From positions 12,338,001 to 12,402,000 of the forward strand of contig NC_135251.1 of the NCBI RefSeq assembly GCF_964204865.1: a DNA stretch of 64,000 nt. Reading direction: 5' to 3'. This document shows positions 60,001 to 64,000 of this stretch, piece by piece. A model generated the notes under the pieces. It worked only from the letters and a program-made list of their open reading frames with translations. It searched no databases and was not told where the DNA came from. The first letter of the stretch is position 1; every line of letters starts with the position of its first letter. The translations under genes and the position numbers were made by a program. Source of the stretch: Styela clava (taxonomy: Eukaryota).

Positions 60001-63000
60001 TTATGTAACAAATAAAAAAAATTTCAATATTCCACCATTTTTGCAAATCTTTTTTTTATTAATGAACATGAAAACATAAAAAAAGCAAGTAATATTTTGT
60101 TTTAATCAACTTAGGGTGTGAGATTAAACTGCATACCTTTTGTCACCAGCACATCCTGTTCCTGATTAATTCTCTGTGATTTGTGGAAATTTTAGGAATC
60201 ATTTATCATTCACGTATAAATAAATAAAAGTGTGTTCCCTATTAAATTAGCACAGAATGATTTTTTCTATTTTAAATCAATCCACCCATATGATAAATAT
60301 AATGCGTGTGTGAAATAGTGGAGTAATCGTGAAAATCACAATCGATGACATATGCGTCCCTGAGTTTCGTGAAATGTATTGCATAACCATAACATTGTGG
60401 TGGTATTTTAACTGGCTAGTCCGTGTTTCTGGTTTGAATAAATTGTGTTGTTTATTCAAAACAGCATTTAGTTTGAATTTATCAATCAAGTATTTTCTAA
60501 TATATATAATTTATTTAATATGCAACGGATGAATATATATATCAGTTGTCCACTGTGCCACAAATTAGTAAATACAGTATAATCTTTATTCAGATTATCA
60601 GCGCCCGGTGTACTTTAAAATATTATAAAAAATAAAATCTGAATTTCATTCACTGCTTCGGTTAGTTTTTTGGTTTTACTTTCATATGTGTGTGTGGTGA
60701 GAAAATGTTATGACCTAATCAAACAATGAAACGAATTTTATATCTTTAAATGTAATATTCTGATAGGTGTATTAAATAACGTTTTACCTTTCTAATCTCG
60801 TGATTTTTACAGTGGTTGACAGATGTTTGCTATTTCCATGTCTTAATTCGGGAACGTGCACATCAATTGGTTGTCAAAGAAAATGCCAATGCATGGGGGG
60901 TTATATGGGAGAAAATTGTAAAAATAGTAAGTGGCGTCTTTATTTTTTTTAAATGATTTCAGAATTTGCACATTTTACGAGTAATTTGCACATTTAACGT
61001 TTTCAAAATATCAATTTTTATACATTTTGGTTGTAACTAGTTCCTGTCTCAGTTTTGTTGGCTACAAATCATCACCTGATGTTGGAGGAAAATAGATTTT
61101 ATTGAAATTTATTCAATATGTAAAGTTCTGAGACAGACCGACATAAGAAACGATATTTTTGTTGTAATTAGTTCCCTCATAAACCAAAAAATAACTGGGG
61201 TTCGTTTTACAGAATAAATAGAGTGAAAGTATATTAGTGTTTTTACAAACGAGTTGGGTTCTCTTTCTTGATCTAGGATAAAATTCAATTTTTTCATACC
61301 GCTCAATATTTTTAGACGTGTGCGATTCGTCACCTTGCACAAATGGAGGAACTTGTGAACTCTCGACTAAAGAGCCGTATTACACATGCGTTTGTCAGCC
61401 AGAATATCGAGGAACTCAGTGTAAAAGTAAGTAATATATATTGTCAATTCTACCGAATCCAAATAGAAAAAAAGATTCTCCTGTAGAGTTGAGACGATTC
61501 ATACAAGATATATTGGCTATTTTACTGTATTTATAGTCCCGAAGCATTCGTTTGCATCAACCATAATATTTTGATGATTAATTGATCTTTAAGTCTATGG
61601 TCTCGCAATATCAATTATAAACAACAGCCTGCATTACAACAAGGGCTTGTTTTAAATCATTTTTTTTTGGACCTCCAGAAGTATGCGCACCAAGATGACG
61701 CACAACCTGAACATAGTATGTGTGTACCGGTTAGGATTCAGGTTGTGCGACATCTTGGTGCGCATACTTCTGGAGCACCTTTTTTTTGTATTTTTCATTG
61801 AAATTACCCCTCGCATCAGCGCAAAACTACACGGCAAAATAGTGCGCTTCAGCGACTGCGCTGGAATAATACTCTCAAAAATGTAGAAAATATTTTTGCT
61901 CCCATTTTCACTCTTATCGCGTAGCATTATCGTCAAGTTAGTACCCACACCAAAGCCATAAGATTTTATGAGTCAATGGTTTTTCGAGATATCAGAGAAA
62001 AGGTATTTGATACACAGGAAACAAATAATACAGCCATTTGCTGCTCTACAAACATCGAAAACACTTCTCGGGTAAATTCGAGACTACAATGAAGAAAATC
62101 ATAAGAAATCATTTTCAACAAATTAGCAAACCCATAACTCTGCTATTTACAGGACTTAAATAAAACGTCTGTCGTAATTCTAGATTGAAATCAAACAATT
62201 AATATCGCTCGCAGAAATACTAAAACGCGCTTTGGCATATTGGGCGTCAGAGGACACAATGTTGTCATCAAAGTATTCTTATGCCATATGAATCAAGAAG
62301 GAGCGGAAAGCCGATAAAATGAATTAATCATATGGCAAACCCCATTCCCTTGTCTATTTATCGGTCCATATCGGGTTCGAGAATAATTAATTGTATCAGA
62401 CGCATGTGCTTGATGGTTGAGGAATCCGTAACTTAACGGAGCTTTCGTAAATTACCCAAAAGCGGTGAGGAATTCAGCAATCAATCCTCTTGCTCATATT
62501 CATCCCTCACGTGATTCGAATCTGTGAATTTAAACAAGGTGCGATGACAAGCTTGAATACACGCCTTATATGATCATATTAATAGCCAATAGCGATGTTT
62601 GTCATCTTAGAAAGTCGGCATTTTAAAGGCTGTGAATCTATGGACACGACGTTTTTTAGTGTGAATTGCGTCAGTATATTCAATGAACACTTGCGAATGA
62701 ATACAAAACTTTTGAAAATCCATAAAAGTTGTCATTTTATGCAGATATAAGATTATTCCATGATACAACCAACAACTGCAAATATCACGTCAACCTTTAT
62801 GATAAAAAATCATTCGTCGAGACGAATTCAACTTGTAGCAGTCTTGGAGGAGCGATAGCAATGATGAAAACAACAGAAATACAAGACTTGGTTGAAAGTC
62901 GGATAATAAAGCAATATGGAGCCACAGGAGAAGCACTTGAGTTTTGGATTGGTGGATTTAAAGTTAGTAATTCATGGATGTGGGTTGATGGTACAGACGT

Positions 63001-63508
63001 ACCAACAACAGGAAAAGATTCAAAATGGTCAACAAACCACCACACTTCCACGGGCAGTATGATTCTTAGTCCGCATGGCGGCGATAGAGAAAACATGATG
63101 TGGTTTGCTAAACCAAACAATAGGAAGCGCGGATACATATGTGAAATATCAGGTATAATTTTAAAAAATAGTACAAGAGTAAACCTATTTCCAAATCATA
63201 ACTGCTTTGTGCTTAAGACCAACATTCAATATCACAAATCTATACATACACATGGCGCGGCTTTCCTGAAACCTTTAACATTAGTTTGTTGATATTTTTT
63301 TATATTCGATTATCATCAAATGTATTATTCTAATATATGAGTGCATGTATATATTATAACGTTCTAGTATTGGTAATGATTTGAATTTTCACAGCGGTTG
63401 ACAGATGTTTGCTATTTCCATGTCATAATTCGGGAACTTGCACACAAATTGGTTGTCAAAAAAAGTGCGACTGCATGTGGGGTTATACGGGAGAAAATTG
63501 TGAAAATA
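57099..63508 (+). CDS. Signal-peptide-bearing EGF / C-type lectin-like domain tandem-repeat protein: SP-[EGF-CTLD-EGF]x2, continuing past the window
   Basis: Exons separated by phase-1 introns: 57099-57162 (MGLGLIISIALVISVKGESMN), 57537-57647 (EGF, CDSSPCKNGGTC...CVCHPEYQGTQC), 58833-59246 (CTLD, FWIGG..WTWADG..YICE), 60813-60926 (EGF), 61316-61426 (EGF), 62745-63152 (CTLD), 63395-63508 (EGF). The window ends on a pyrimidine-rich cttccag, a probable further acceptor. Confidence 0.88.
61669..61779. mobile_element. Short palindromic family A MITE in a lectin-gene intron
   Basis: GGACCTCCAGAAGTATGCGCACCAAGATG / CATCTTGGTGCGCATACTTCTGGAGCACC, with poly-T flanks. It is absent from the paralogous intron at about 57890. 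Confidence 0.8.
62290..62590 (-). mobile_element. Diverged tRNA-derived SINE copy
   Basis: Shares ggaaagccgataa, ttgatggttgaggaa and gattcgaa segments with 44066-44372. Confidence 0.55.
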
Positions 63509-64000
63509 GTAAGTTTCATCATTATTTTTGTAAATGATTTCAGAATATCAAGTCTGAAACATTAAATTATAACTATTGTCCGCCATCATTACATTGGTTC
63601 TAGGTGTTATTATGGTCCCAATCTTAAATCTTAATGGAATCCTCAATCTTAAAAAAATTGCAAGAATTTAATAAATAGTTGGAATAGGGATGATAAAATA
63701 GTAGTGAGAAAATACTGACGCACCAGAATAACCTTTGCCTCATGCTTAAAAATAATTAGATTGATTCCCATAAAAAAAAACAGGAATAGTATAAAGTAAT
63801 TTTCATTCACAGAACTTCCGTGTTTTTATTTCTATTTTTAAATTCGACCATAACTCGATAACCTAGGTGTTTAATATTGCATGAAGTCAAAAAAACAATA
63901 CACAGAGAAAATACAATGTGCATAAACGCGTTTCACGATTTGTAATTAATGTATGGTATTTATCTTGAAATCAGGAGTTTCACAGATTTCTTGCTTCCAG

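Overview
AT-rich, intron-containing animal genomic DNA. It is invertebrate-like and plausibly from an ascidian/tunicate, but the species cannot be fixed from sequence alone. Most short ORFs in the supplied track are spurious; the real genes had to be rebuilt by hand from GT-AG splice sites and exon phases. Five protein-coding genes are supported. (1) A >33 kb minus-strand gene (34931 to <1472) encoding a calponin-homology-like N-terminus, a long low-complexity region, a coiled coil and probably the start of a SAM domain, with three further candidate first exons. (2) A 5-exon secreted SOD1-fold protein (37432-39668, +) with the signature of a copper-only SOD. (3) Glyoxalase I, GLO1 (45576-41572, -). 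(4) An intronless ADAT2/TAD2 tRNA adenosine deaminase nested on the same strand inside GLO1 intron 3. (5) A signal-peptide-bearing EGF/C-type-lectin-like tandem-module gene (57099 to >64000, +). The rest is dense with non-autonomous transposons: Merlin-like MITEs with GG..CC ends, 8-bp TSDs and telomere-like motifs; hAT MITEs; a DINE/HINE-like element; tRNA-derived SINEs; and a nested inverted-repeat/satellite cluster at about 47-55 kb. The best leads are the GLO1/ADAT2 nested unit and the single-domain Cu-only SOD.
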